Source: Burkholderiales bacterium (GTDB lineage: Bacteria > Pseudomonadota > Gammaproteobacteria > Burkholderiales > SG8-39). Taken from it: DNA of 64,000 nt. Location: positions 676 through 64,675 of the forward strand of contig DASRKB010000237.1 in NCBI GenBank assembly GCA_035649175.1, written 5' to 3'. A model generated the notes under the pieces. That model saw only the letters and a program-made list of their open reading frames with translations. It ran no database searches and was not told where the DNA came from. A program made the translations under genes and the position numbers. Below, one piece after another: positions 29,194 to 38,037 of this stretch (position 1 is its first letter; every line of letters starts with the position of its first letter).

Positions 29194-30143
29194 TCGATGA
29201 CGCGGTCGGCGCGCAGGATCAGCGCCGGCGGAATCGCGATGCCGAGGGCGCGTGCAGTGCGCAGGTTGATGGCAAGCTCGAACTTGGTCGGACGCTCGAA
29301 GGGCAGCTCCGAGACCTTGGCGCCCTTCAGGAGGCGGTCCACGTACTGCGCGACACGTCGCCAGATCGCGGCATGGTCGGCGAAGTAGGAGAGCAGCGCG
29401 CCGGCACGGACCTCGGCGCTCGTGAGCATCATCGCCGGGATGCGCCGCTCGATCGAAAGGCGCACTGTGACGTCGGACAACGTTAATGCCTGCCCGGCAA
29501 GCCGCAGTACCGCATCGGCGCGCCAGGCGGCCGCCTCCGCAAAGGCATCTTGGATGTCCTGCTCGGTGCGCGCCGGAAAGTAGCGCATCTCCACTTGGAG
29601 GACGGCCCCCGCCTGCTCCAGGTCGCGTATCTGCGGCTTGACGATCGGCTCGTCGGGGTGAATCAGGCCCGCGACACGCCGAGCTACAGGTAGCGCCTGC
29701 TTCAGTACCTCCAGGCGCTTGGCGACGATCTCGCCCGCCATATTGGTGACGCCGGTGATGTTGCCTTCCGGGCGGGAGATGTTTCGCACGCCGACCAGGC
29801 CTGGCTCGGAGACGACGCCGACGACGATGGGGACCACCTTGGTGGCCGCGGCGGCGGCGCGTCCACCCGGCGTGTTCGCTGCGACGAGAACGTCTACGCC
29901 GGAGTCCACCAGACCCTTGGCGAGCCCCGGCAGGGCCGAGAGCTTTCCGGCGGCTGACCGGACTTCCAGCTCGGCTTGGACGAGGCGGCTCAGCTCGTCA
30001 CGGAAGGCGGCTTCGTCCCACTGTACCTCGGCAGGGACAAGCACACCGACCCGCGGCCGGCGCACCTGCGCCCGTACCGCTACGGGAGCGAGCGCGAGCC
30101 CGCCGAGAATCCTCAGAATCCGCCGCCTGCCCCCCCGCATCAC
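29190..30143 (-). CDS. periplasmic substrate-binding protein, ABC_sub_bind (PF04392-like) family, paralog, about 317 aa
   Basis: Track ORF 29190..30143, starting at GTG 30143 or ATG 30140. It has a signal peptide, then RVGVLVP...NITGVTN...[40 protein letters not shown]. ATGA overlap with the downstream paralog. Confidence 0.8.
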   Translation of the reverse strand: [317 protein letters not shown]

Positions 30144-30405
30144 CTTCCCCCAAGGCAGAAGTATGCGGTTTGCAGGAGCGCGGGTCCAACCGACATCCCC
30201 AGTCGAGGGACACGAGGGCCAGAACGACCATAACCGCCGTGGGAACCATCAGAGCGACAAACTGAAGGTGCTCGAGTACGCTCATGTTTGCCTGCGATCG
30301 CGACATGGGGTTCACAATAGGCGCCTCGCGGCGGCGATTCGGCGATCGATGCCGTCGCGGCCCAGTAGCCGATTCACACCGGAACGGGATGCTGCACCGC
30401 ACACG

Positions 30406-31041
30406 ATGAAGCCTCGCACGACAGAGGTTCTCCCGCCGGCGCTGATCGAGAAGATTGGCGCGGTCGCCACCACGCGCGTGTACGCCAAGAACGCGATCAT
30501 CGTCTCCGAGGGCGACGAGACCGACTCGCTCTACCTGCTCCTTTCCGGGCGGGCGAAGGTGTTCGTCTCCGACGAGAACGGTCGCGAGGTCCAGCTCAAC
30601 CAGATCGGGCCGGGCGAGTACTTCGGCGAGGTCACGCTCGACGGTGGGCCGCGCTCGGCTTCCATCATGGCGCTCGAGGAGTGCCGCTGTGCGGTGGTGA
30701 AGCACGGGGAGCTGACCGCGTTCCTCGAGCGCCATCCGGAGTTCGCGCAGCACCTCGTGCGCAAGCTCGCGCACCGGGTGCGCGAGCTCACCGAAAGCGT
30801 GCGCAGCCTGGCGCTGATGGACGTCTACGGGCGCGTCGCGCGGCTGCTGCTCGAGCTCGCGGAGGAGCAGGACGGGATGATGGTGGTGCAGGAGTCGCTC
30901 ACGCACCGGGACATCGCCGCCCGGGTGGGCTGCTCGCGGGAGATGATCAGCCGGATCTTTTCCGACCTCACCGACGGCGGCTACGTGCGAAAGGAGGCGG
31001 GCCACCTGGTGATCGTCCGCAAGCCGCCGCCCCGCTGGTAG
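30406..31041 (+). CDS. Crp/Fnr-family transcriptional regulator (cNMP-binding domain + HTH), 211 aa
   Basis: C-terminal part of track ORF 29719..31041, from the ATG at 30406. The CNB pocket is FGEVTLDGGPRSASIMALEE (Arg83-Ser84, equivalent to E. coli CRP Arg82-Ser83). The HTH is THRDIAARVGCSREMISRIFSDLTDGGYV. Confidence 0.9.
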   Translation: MKPRTTEVLPPALIEKIGAVATTRVYAKNAIIVSEGDETDSLYLLLSGRAKVFVSDENGREVQLNQIGPGEYFGEVTLDGGPRSASIMALEECRCAVVKHGELTAFLERHPEFAQHLVRKLAHRVRELTESVRSLALMDVYGRVARLLLELAEEQDGMMVVQESLTHRDIAARVGCSREMISRIFSDLTDGGYVRKEAGHLVIVRKPPPRW

Positions 31042-31053
31042 CAGAGAGAAGAT

Positions 31054-32268
31054 CTAACGTGAAGGCTGGGCGATCGGGGCCTGATCTCGAAGGAGCGGAC
31101 GTTCGTCGATCGGGAGGTGAATCAGCGCGGCGATGACCCCGAGCGCGGCGGCGACCATCCACGCGAGGTCGTAGGACCCGGTGCGGTCGAAGAGCCAGCC
31201 GCCCGCCCAGGCGCCGAGGAAGCTGCCGAACTGGTGGCTGAAGAACACGAAGCCCGAGAGCATGGCGAGGTGGCGCACGCCGAAGATCTGCGCCACCACC
31301 GCGTTGGTGAGCGGCACCGTGCCGAGCCACAGGAACCCCATCAGAACGCCGAATGCCATCGCGCTGACCGTACTGAGCGGCAGGGCCATCAGCATCACGA
31401 TCACCACCGCACGCGAGAAGTAAAGGAGCGACAGCAGGTTCTTCTTCAGGTAGCGGCTGCCGAGCCATCCGGCGGCGAAGCTGCCGAAGACGTTGAACAG
31501 GCCGATGAGCGCGAGCGCCATCATGCCGTCGCGCGCGGTGAGGCCGCGGTCCATGAAGTACGAGGGCAGGTGCGAGCCAATGAAGACGACCTGGAAGCCG
31601 CACACGAAGTAGCCCGCGACAAGGAGCCAGAAGCTGCGCTGTGCGCGCGCCTCGGCGATCGCCTCGCCGACCGTCTGCTTGTGCGCCTGCGGAGCGGCGT
31701 GGGGACTCTCCATGAGCGCCGCGGAAAGCGGCGCCATGACGAAGGCCGCGCCGGCCAGCACCACCAGCGCGAAGGCCCAACCGCTCGCCGAGATCAGGGT
31801 CTGCGCGCCGGGAAGGAGCGCGAACTGGCCGAAGGAGGCGACTGCGCCGGCGACGCCGAGCGCCATGGTGCGCTTCTCCGGAGGCGTGTGCCGCCCGATG
31901 ACGCCGTAGACGATGCTGAACGTCGTGCCGGAGAGCCCGAGACCCACGAGCAGGCCCGCGGAGAAGTAGAGCTCGCCCGGCGTGCCCGCCGTGGACATGA
32001 GCCAGAGGCCCGCACCATAGAGGAGCGCACCTCCGAGCACGACGCGCCCGGCGCCGAAGCGGTCGGCGATCATCCCGGAGAAGGGCTGCGCGAACCCCCA
32101 GATCAGGTTCTGGGCCGCAATCGCCAACGAAAACACCTCGCGGCCCCACCCGCGGTCCACGGACATCGGCTGCAGGAAAAGCCCGAAGCCGTGACGGATG
32201 CCCAGAGCGAAGAACAGCACGAGGCTCCCGAAGACGAGCACCGTCCCTGGGGTCAGGCGAAGCTTCAT
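31054..32268 (-). CDS. MFS transporter (oxalate/formate-antiporter-like monocarboxylate type), 404 aa
   Basis: C-terminal part of track ORF 31054..32418, from the ATG at 32268 (MKLRLTPGTVLVFGSLVLFFALGIRHGFGLFLQPMS...). It has 12 predicted hydrophobic spans. ATGA overlap with the upstream cyclase stop. Confidence 0.85.
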   Translation of the reverse strand: MKLRLTPGTVLVFGSLVLFFALGIRHGFGLFLQPMSVDRGWGREVFSLAIAAQNLIWGFAQPFSGMIADRFGAGRVVLGGALLYGAGLWLMSTAGTPGELYFSAGLLVGLGLSGTTFSIVYGVIGRHTPPEKRTMALGVAGAVASFGQFALLPGAQTLISASGWAFALVVLAGAAFVMAPLSAALMESPHAAPQAHKQTVGEAIAEARAQRSFWLLVAGYFVCGFQVVFIGSHLPSYFMDRGLTARDGMMALALIGLFNVFGSFAAGWLGSRYLKKNLLSLLYFSRAVVIVMLMALPLSTVSAMAFGVLMGFLWLGTVPLTNAVVAQIFGVRHLAMLSGFVFFSHQFGSFLGAWAGGWLFDRTGSYDLAWMVAAALGVIAALIHLPIDERPLLRDQAPIAQPSR

Positions 32269-33350
32269 TTCGTAATGGACTTGAGGCGGAAGGCCGGCAC
32301 GGGATGCTTGAAGCCGCGCAGCTCGAGCGGGCCCACCAGCTCGGTCACCGTCATGTGCGCGACGTCGTGCTCGGTTTGCGCGTCCAGGAGAATCTCGCCT
32401 GCGTTCGCCGCGCCACACAGGCGCGCCGCGAGGTTGGGCACGTTGCCGATCGCGGCATATTCCCAGCGTTGCTCGAAGCCGATGATCCCGAGGGTTGCCT
32501 CGCCTTGCGCGATACCGATCCCCAGGCCGACCTCGTGCCCGAGCCTTTCCCAGGCCGCGGAGATCGGCGTGAAGGCCTTCTGCAGGGCGAGCGCCATGCG
32601 CACCGCGCGCGCGGCCGGCTTCTCGACCGGCAACGGGTCATTGAAGAAGATCATGACGCCGTCCCCGGCGAAGTGCTCGAGCGTGCCGCCGAACTCGTCG
32701 ACCGTTCGCCCGAGCGTGGCGTGGTAGGAGCGCAAGAGATCCATCACCTCGTCCGGGTCGGCGCGGTCGGTGAAAGCGGTGAATCCGCGCAGGTCGAGGA
32801 ATACCGCCGTGATCTCGCGCCGGTGGGGCTCGAGCATCCCCTCACCGCCCGCGACGATCGCCTCGGCCACCGGGCGGGAGAAGAAGCGCTTGAGCCGCCC
32901 CAGGCGCTCGAGCTGCGCCACCTGCTCGGCCACGCGCTCCTCGAGCCTCGCGTTCAGCACCTTGAGCTCGTCCTGAAGCGACTTCACGCGCAGGAGCGCC
33001 TTCACGCGAGCGAAGAGCTCCTCCCAGTTGACCGGCTTGGAGATGAAGTCGTCCGCGCCCACTTCCAGCCCCTTGATGCGCTCCGCTTGGGCTTCGAGCG
33101 AGGTCACCAGCACCACCGGAAGAAGCGCCGTCGCGGCGTCCGCGCGCAGCCGCCGGCACAACTCGTAGCCGTCGATGCCCGGCATCAAGATGTCGGAGAC
33201 CACCAGGTCCGGCCGCGCGACGCTCACGCGCTCGAGCGCGTGCGCGCCATCCTGCGCGGTGAGCACGTCGTACCCGCGTGCCTTCAGCACGCCGGCCATC
33301 ATCTCCACGCTGGCGCGCTGGTCGTCGACGACCAAGATGCGGGCAGTCAC
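32265..33350 (-). CDS. response regulator receiver fused to class III nucleotidyl cyclase (paralog of 21984..23012), 361 aa
   Basis: C-terminal part of track ORF 32265..33674, from the GTG at 33350 (VTARILVVDDQRASV...PDLVVSDILMPGIDGYE...). CHD is HRREITAVFLDLRGFTAFTD...GTLEHFAGDGVMIFF...EYAAIGNVPNLAARL. GTGA overlap with the ADH stop. Its coiled-coil linker is about 19 aa longer than in the paralog. Confidence 0.88.
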   Translation of the reverse strand: MTARILVVDDQRASVEMMAGVLKARGYDVLTAQDGAHALERVSVARPDLVVSDILMPGIDGYELCRRLRADAATALLPVVLVTSLEAQAERIKGLEVGADDFISKPVNWEELFARVKALLRVKSLQDELKVLNARLEERVAEQVAQLERLGRLKRFFSRPVAEAIVAGGEGMLEPHRREITAVFLDLRGFTAFTDRADPDEVMDLLRSYHATLGRTVDEFGGTLEHFAGDGVMIFFNDPLPVEKPAARAVRMALALQKAFTPISAAWERLGHEVGLGIGIAQGEATLGIIGFEQRWEYAAIGNVPNLAARLCGAANAGEILLDAQTEHDVAHMTVTELVGPLELRGFKHPVPAFRLKSITK

Positions 33351-34453
33351 GGGAAAACGATCACCCCGCGAGCATTCTTCCCCGATTGCATGTCGGCGAA
33401 CGCCTGCGGCGCATCCTCGATCGAGTAGCGCCGCGTGATGAGCTCCTCGAGCTTGAGGCTTCCCGCCTGGTAGAGCGAGAGCATCCGCGGGAAGTCGACG
33501 CTGGGCACGCAGGAGCCGAAGTAGCTCCCGGTGAGCGTCTTCTCCTCGAAGACCAGCGTCATGCTGCGCACGGCGGTGCTCTCGGTGGGCTTCGCCACGC
33601 CCACCACCACCGCGGCACCGCCGCGGCGGATCGCCCGGTAGGCCGCACCGGCGAGCTCGCCCGAGCCCACGCACTCGAAAGCGTAGTCGGGTCCGCCCCC
33701 AGTGAGCTTCTTCAGGGGTTTGACGATGTCTTCACCCTGCTTGACGATGAGGACATCCGTCGCCCCGAAGCTCATGGCCATCTGGAGCTTCGCCTCGAGC
33801 GTGTCGATCGCGATGATCTGCCTCGCGCCTGCGATGCGCGCGCCCTGGATCACCGAGAGACCCACGCCCCCGCAGCCAAGCACAGCGACGCTCGAGCCCG
33901 GCTCGATCCTCGCGGTGTTGAACACCGCCCCGACCCCGGTCGTGACCGCGCAGCCGACGAGCGCGCCGCACTCCATGGGGATCTTGGGATCGATCTTGAT
34001 GAGATTCTCGGCCGACACCGTCGCGTACTCGGCCATCGCCCCGCAGCCGGAGAAGATGCCGAGGGGCTTGCCAGCGGCGTCATGCACGCGCGGCGTGCCT
34101 TCCAGCGGCGTCGTGAGGGCCTTCCCCTGCTCGAGGCACAGCACCGGGCGGCCCGCCACGCAGAAGCGGCATTTACCACACATGTAGATGAAGGAGAAGA
34201 CGACGTGGTCGCCCTTGGCGAGCCCCGCCACGGCCTCGCCGACCTCCTCCACCACCCCTGCGGCCTCGTGGCCGAGCACCAGCGGCAGCGGCAGCGCGAT
34301 GGTGCCGTTCGCGGCGGACAGGTCGGAGTGACACACGCCGCAGGCGCCGATCTTGACCGTCACCTCGCCTCGCTTCGGCGGGTCGACGACGACGGTTTCG
34401 ACGGCGAACTTGTTCAGCTCGCGGCAGAGGACCGCTCGGGCTTTGCGGGACAT
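33347..34453 (-). CDS. zinc-dependent alcohol dehydrogenase (class III-like MDR), 368 aa
   Basis: Track ORF 33347..34474. GACGVCHSDL, GHEAAGVVEEVG, structural-zinc motif CGKCRFCVAGRPVLC, Rossmann VAVLGCGGVGLSV. I prefer the ATG at 34453 (MSRKARAVLCRE...) because it matches the usual family N-terminus. The GTG at 34474 is the alternative. Confidence 0.88.
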   Translation of the reverse strand: MSRKARAVLCRELNKFAVETVVVDPPKRGEVTVKIGACGVCHSDLSAANGTIALPLPLVLGHEAAGVVEEVGEAVAGLAKGDHVVFSFIYMCGKCRFCVAGRPVLCLEQGKALTTPLEGTPRVHDAAGKPLGIFSGCGAMAEYATVSAENLIKIDPKIPMECGALVGCAVTTGVGAVFNTARIEPGSSVAVLGCGGVGLSVIQGARIAGARQIIAIDTLEAKLQMAMSFGATDVLIVKQGEDIVKPLKKLTGGGPDYAFECVGSGELAGAAYRAIRRGGAAVVVGVAKPTESTAVRSMTLVFEEKTLTGSYFGSCVPSVDFPRMLSLYQAGSLKLEELITRRYSIEDAPQAFADMQSGKNARGVIVFP

Positions 34454-34500
34454 TTTTATCAGTATATCCGGCACTAGCCCTTTGGTAGCATCCAGGAACC

Positions 34501-35925
34501 ATGCTGATCCGAGACAAGCTCTTCATCGACGGCCAATGGGTCGGCCCTTCAAGCAGCGAAACGATCGATGTGCACGACGCCGGCAACGGCAAGGTCATGG
34601 GACGCATCCCCGCCGGCGCCGAGAAGGACGCCGAGGCTGCGGTCCGGGCCGCCCGGTCGGCGCTCGAGACATGGAAGGACATTCCCGTCGAAAAGCGGGC
34701 CGAATACCTCGACAAGATCTCCTCCGGCCTGAAGGCGCGCGCCGACGAGATCGCGCGCACCATCGCGCGGGAAGTCGGCATGCCGCTCAAGATGGCCTCG
34801 CGCATCCAGGCCGGGCTTCCGATTGCGAACTTCGCGAACTACGCGAAGCTCGTGAAGGAGTTCAAGTTCGAGGAGAAGGTTGGAAATTCCCTCGTAGTGC
34901 GCGAGCCGGTGGGCGTGGTGCTCGCCATCACGCCCTGGAACTACCCCCTGCACCAGATCGCCCTGAAGGTGGCGCCGGCGCTCGCGGCCGGCTGCAGCGT
35001 GGTGCTCAAGCCCTCGGAGGTCGCGCCGTTCAACGCCTTCATCCTCGCCGAGGTGATCGAGGCGGCCGGGCTGCCCAGGGGCGTCTTCAACCTCGTCACG
35101 GGCACCGGTCCCGCCGTGGGCGAGGCGCTAGTAAAGCATCCCGACGTCGACATGATCTCCTTCACCGGCTCGACGCGCGCGGGCAAGCGGATCTCCGAGC
35201 TCGCCGCGCAGGGCGTCAAGCGGGTAGCGCTCGAGCTGGGTGGCAAGAGCGCCTCGTTGATCCTGGACGACGCGGACCTCGCGCAGGCGGTGAAGGGCAC
35301 GGTGAATGGTTGCTACCTGAACTCCGGCCAGACGTGCACCGCGCTCACCAGGATGCTGGTGCCCGAGAGCCTCTATCCGGAGGCGGCAAGGCTCGCGGGC
35401 GAGGCTGCGAAGAGTTTTGCCGTGGGTGATCCATTGAATGAGAACTCCAGGCTGGGCCCGCTCAGCTCCCAGGCGCAGCTCGAGCGCGTACGCGGATACA
35501 TCAAGAAGGGAATCGCCGAGGGCGCCGAGCTCGTCGCGGGCGGCGCCGAGCCGCCCGAAGGCGTGCCTGCCGGCGGCTACTACGTGCGCCCGACGGTGTT
35601 CGGCAAGGTGAAGAACAGCATGACCATCGCGCAGGAGGAGATTTTCGGGCCGGTGCTCTCCATCATCCCCTACAAGGACGAGGAAGATGCGGTGCGCATC
35701 GCGAACGACACGGTGTACGGGCTTGCCGGCGCAGTGTGGTCCAAGGACGACGCGCGCGCGCAGCGCGTGGCGCGCCGCATGCGCGCGGGGCAAGTCGACG
35801 TGAACGGCGGCGCGTTCAACATGAACGCCCCCTTCGGCGGCTTCAAGCAATCCGGCCACGGCCGCGAGGCCGGCGTGTACGGGCTCGAAGAATTCCTGGA
35901 ATATAAAGCCCTGCAACTAAAGTGA
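34501..35925 (+). CDS. NAD(P)-dependent aldehyde dehydrogenase, 474 aa
   Basis: Track ORF 34501..35925. [18 protein letters not shown], catalytic Cys region [19 protein letters not shown]. An AGGAA RBS is present. Confidence 0.93.
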   Translation: MLIRDKLFIDGQWVGPSSSETIDVHDAGNGKVMGRIPAGAEKDAEAAVRAARSALETWKDIPVEKRAEYLDKISSGLKARADEIARTIAREVGMPLKMASRIQAGLPIANFANYAKLVKEFKFEEKVGNSLVVREPVGVVLAITPWNYPLHQIALKVAPALAAGCSVVLKPSEVAPFNAFILAEVIEAAGLPRGVFNLVTGTGPAVGEALVKHPDVDMISFTGSTRAGKRISELAAQGVKRVALELGGKSASLILDDADLAQAVKGTVNGCYLNSGQTCTALTRMLVPESLYPEAARLAGEAAKSFAVGDPLNENSRLGPLSSQAQLERVRGYIKKGIAEGAELVAGGAEPPEGVPAGGYYVRPTVFGKVKNSMTIAQEEIFGPVLSIIPYKDEEDAVRIANDTVYGLAGAVWSKDDARAQRVARRMRAGQVDVNGGAFNMNAPFGGFKQSGHGREAGVYGLEEFLEYKALQLK

Positions 35926-37577
35926 GATTGCTGCGCCTCGCCACCGGACTGGTGGTCGCGGCGTTCGTCGTCGGGCACTTCCTCAACCACGCGCTCGGCG
36001 TGGTCTCGATCGAGGCAATGAACGGCATGCGCTCCGCCCTGGCCGCGGGGTGGCGCAGCCTGCCGGGCACGATCCTGCTGTACGGCTCGCTCGCCACGCA
36101 TTTCGCGCTCGCGCTCGTATCGCTCTACCGGCGCAGCACGCTGCGCATGCCGGCCTGGGAGGCCGGGCAGCTGCTGCTCGGGCTCGCGATCCCGCCGATG
36201 CTCATCGGCCACGTCGTCGGTACGCGGCTCAGCTGGACGCTCTACGGCCACCACATCGACTACGAGCGCATCGTGGGGCTGCTCTGGTCGGACTCGACCG
36301 CTGCGGCGCGGCAATCGGCGCTCCTCCTGGTCGTGTGGATGCATCTTTCGTTCGGCGTGCACTACTGGCTGCGGGTAAAGGCCTGGTACCCCACGGTGCA
36401 GCCGGTGCTCTTCGCCGCGGCGCTTCTCATCCCCGCCATCGCGCTCGCCGGCTTCGCCGCGGCAGGTGCGAGCCTGTGGCCCGGCATCGAGGCGGTGGGC
36501 GGCATGCAGAAGTACAACCTCGACCTCGCCGGGATGACCGACGCGCAGCGCGCGCGCCTCGTTCACTGGCGCGAGGGGATGACGTGGGGCTTCTGGCTGC
36601 TCCTCGGGGCGACGCTGCTCGCGCGCTGGCTGCGCCAGCGCATCGGCGGGACCTACCAGGTGCGCCACGCCTCCGGCCGCGTCATTACCGCGCCCGTCGG
36701 CCGCACCATCCTCGAGGCGATCCGCGACGCCGGCATCCCCCACGCCTCGGTCTGCGGCGGCCGCGCGCGCTGCACCACCTGCCGCGTGCGCGTCGGCGAA
36801 GGGCTCGCCGCGCTGCCGCCGCCGCGGCCGGCGGAGGCGCGCGCACTCGGGCGCATCGAGGCGCCGCCGAACGTGCGCCTCGCCTGCCAGTGCCGGCCGC
36901 GCACCCACGTCGCCGTCACCCCCCTTCTGCCCGCCGGCGCGGACGCGGCGCTCGCGCGCAACCCCCGCAGCCCGCGGGGGCAGGAGCGGCGCATCGTCGC
37001 CATGTTCGTCGACCTGCGCGAGTCGACCGAGCTCGCCGAGGGACGCCTGCCCTACGACGTGGTCTTCCTCATGAACCAGTTCTTCGCCGAGATGTACCAG
37101 GCGCTGCGGGCGACCAATGGCTACTACGCGCAGTTCCGCGGCGACGGCCTGCTCGCGCTCTATGGCCTCGGAGCCGAGCCCGCGCAGGCCTGCCGGGACG
37201 CCATCGCCGGCGCGGCCGAGATGCAGCGACGGCTCGAGGCGCTCAACGCGAGCCTCGCCGCCGACCTCGCGCGCCCCCTGCGCATCGGCATCGGCGTCCA
37301 CGTCGGCCTCGCCATCGTCGGCACGATGGGCCCGCCGGACGCGCCGATCCACTCCGCGATCGGCGACAACATCAACATCGCGGCGCGCCTGGAAGGCATG
37401 ACGAAGGCGTACGGCTGCGTGCTGGTAATTTCCGAGGACACGCTGACGGAGGCGGGGGTGGAACCGCGCGGCGCGACTTTGCACCGCGTGCGCGTGCGCG
37501 GCAGGAACGAGCGGCTCAGCGTGTACGCCGTCCAGGATCCGCGCATGCTCACGTCGGTCCGGCAAATCGGGGTCTGA
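35922..37577 (+). CDS. membrane protein - [2Fe-2S] ferredoxin domain - class III nucleotidyl cyclase fusion, 551 aa
   Basis: Track ORF 35922..37577, with a GTG start and a GTGA overlap with the ALDH stop. The N-terminal 240 aa or so has 5-6 TM segments with several His (H19, H23, H60, H97, H110/111, H141, H147). The Fer2 domain reads [13 protein letters not shown]...LACQC. The CHD reads [13 protein letters not shown]...[14 protein letters not shown]...[16 protein letters not shown]. Confidence 0.88.
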   Translation: MRLLRLATGLVVAAFVVGHFLNHALGVVSIEAMNGMRSALAAGWRSLPGTILLYGSLATHFALALVSLYRRSTLRMPAWEAGQLLLGLAIPPMLIGHVVGTRLSWTLYGHHIDYERIVGLLWSDSTAAARQSALLLVVWMHLSFGVHYWLRVKAWYPTVQPVLFAAALLIPAIALAGFAAAGASLWPGIEAVGGMQKYNLDLAGMTDAQRARLVHWREGMTWGFWLLLGATLLARWLRQRIGGTYQVRHASGRVITAPVGRTILEAIRDAGIPHASVCGGRARCTTCRVRVGEGLAALPPPRPAEARALGRIEAPPNVRLACQCRPRTHVAVTPLLPAGADAALARNPRSPRGQERRIVAMFVDLRESTELAEGRLPYDVVFLMNQFFAEMYQALRATNGYYAQFRGDGLLALYGLGAEPAQACRDAIAGAAEMQRRLEALNASLAADLARPLRIGIGVHVGLAIVGTMGPPDAPIHSAIGDNINIAARLEGMTKAYGCVLVISEDTLTEAGVEPRGATLHRVRVRGRNERLSVYAVQDPRMLTSVRQIGV

Positions 37578-37584
37578 CCCCGAT
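37566..37584. repeat. REP-like palindrome ATCGGGGTC-T-GACCCCGAT between convergent genes (possible bidirectional terminator)
   Basis: Perfect 9-bp arms. The internal TGA (37575-37577) is the stop codon of the cyclase gene. The convergent gene stops at 37588-37590. Confidence 0.7.
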
Positions 37585-37587
37585 CTC

Positions 37588-38037
37588 CTACTTTCCCGAC
37601 AGGGTGCGCGAGAGCTGGTTGGTCGTATTGGCGAGGCGAGCGGCGAGCACGCGGATCAGCTCGAGCGCGGCGTCGGGGTTCTCGCGAATCACCTGGGAGA
37701 AAAGATCCTTGGAGATTCTCAGGGTCTCGAGCGCGGTGAGCGCCTTGGCGGTGGCGGTGCGCGGCACCTCGCCGAAGATGGCGATCTCGCCGATGATGTC
37801 GTTGCGGCCGAGCTTGTTGACCACCAGTGGGCCGCCGGGGGTGGGCACGCTGATCTCCACTTCGCCGTCGATCACGATGTAAGCGGCATCGCCCATGTCC
37901 CCGGCGTTGAACATCACCTGCCCGGGGGCGTAGGAGAGCCGCTCGGCGGAGAACACCAGCAGCTTCTGCATCGCCGGCTGGATCTTGCTGAAGATCGGGA
38001 ACTGGCGGATCAGCTCGACTTCCTGCTCCAGGCTCAT
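37588..38037 (-). CDS. stand-alone cyclic nucleotide-binding domain protein, 149 aa
   Basis: C-terminal part of track ORF 37588..38151, from the ATG at 38037 (MSLEQEVELIRQFPIFSKI...). The CNB core is GDAAYIVIDGEVEI...IIGEIAIFGEVPRTATAKAL (Arg93-Thr94 phosphate-binding cassette). ATGA overlap with the ABC gene stop. Confidence 0.88.
   Translation of the reverse strand: MSLEQEVELIRQFPIFSKIQPAMQKLLVFSAERLSYAPGQVMFNAGDMGDAAYIVIDGEVEISVPTPGGPLVVNKLGRNDIIGEIAIFGEVPRTATAKALTALETLRISKDLFSQVIRENPDAALELIRVLAARLANTTNQLSRTLSGK

Noticed and set aside
30140-30310. Small minus-strand ORF MSRSQANMSVLEHLQFVALMVPTAVMVVLALVSLDWG... with a TM-like segment in the 262-bp intergenic region
   Set aside because: Third-codon positions are not GC-enriched as they are in the real genes here. 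There is no RBS. The frame only terminates about 145 nt inside the binding-protein gene. I cannot exclude a small membrane peptide, but it is unsupported.
30380-30400. Possible sigma-54 promoter (GGAACGGGATGCTGC) just upstream of crp
   Set aside because: The GG-to-GC spacing is off by one relative to the TGGCAC-N5-TTGC consensus. It also lies only about 10 nt from the start codon.
35670-37882. ORFs 35670..37565 (-) and 36050..37882 (+) over the Fer2-cyclase gene
   Set aside because: Both are Arg/Ala/Pro/Gly-rich and span real gene boundaries. The 35922..37577 frame carries the TM, Fer2 and cyclase motifs.
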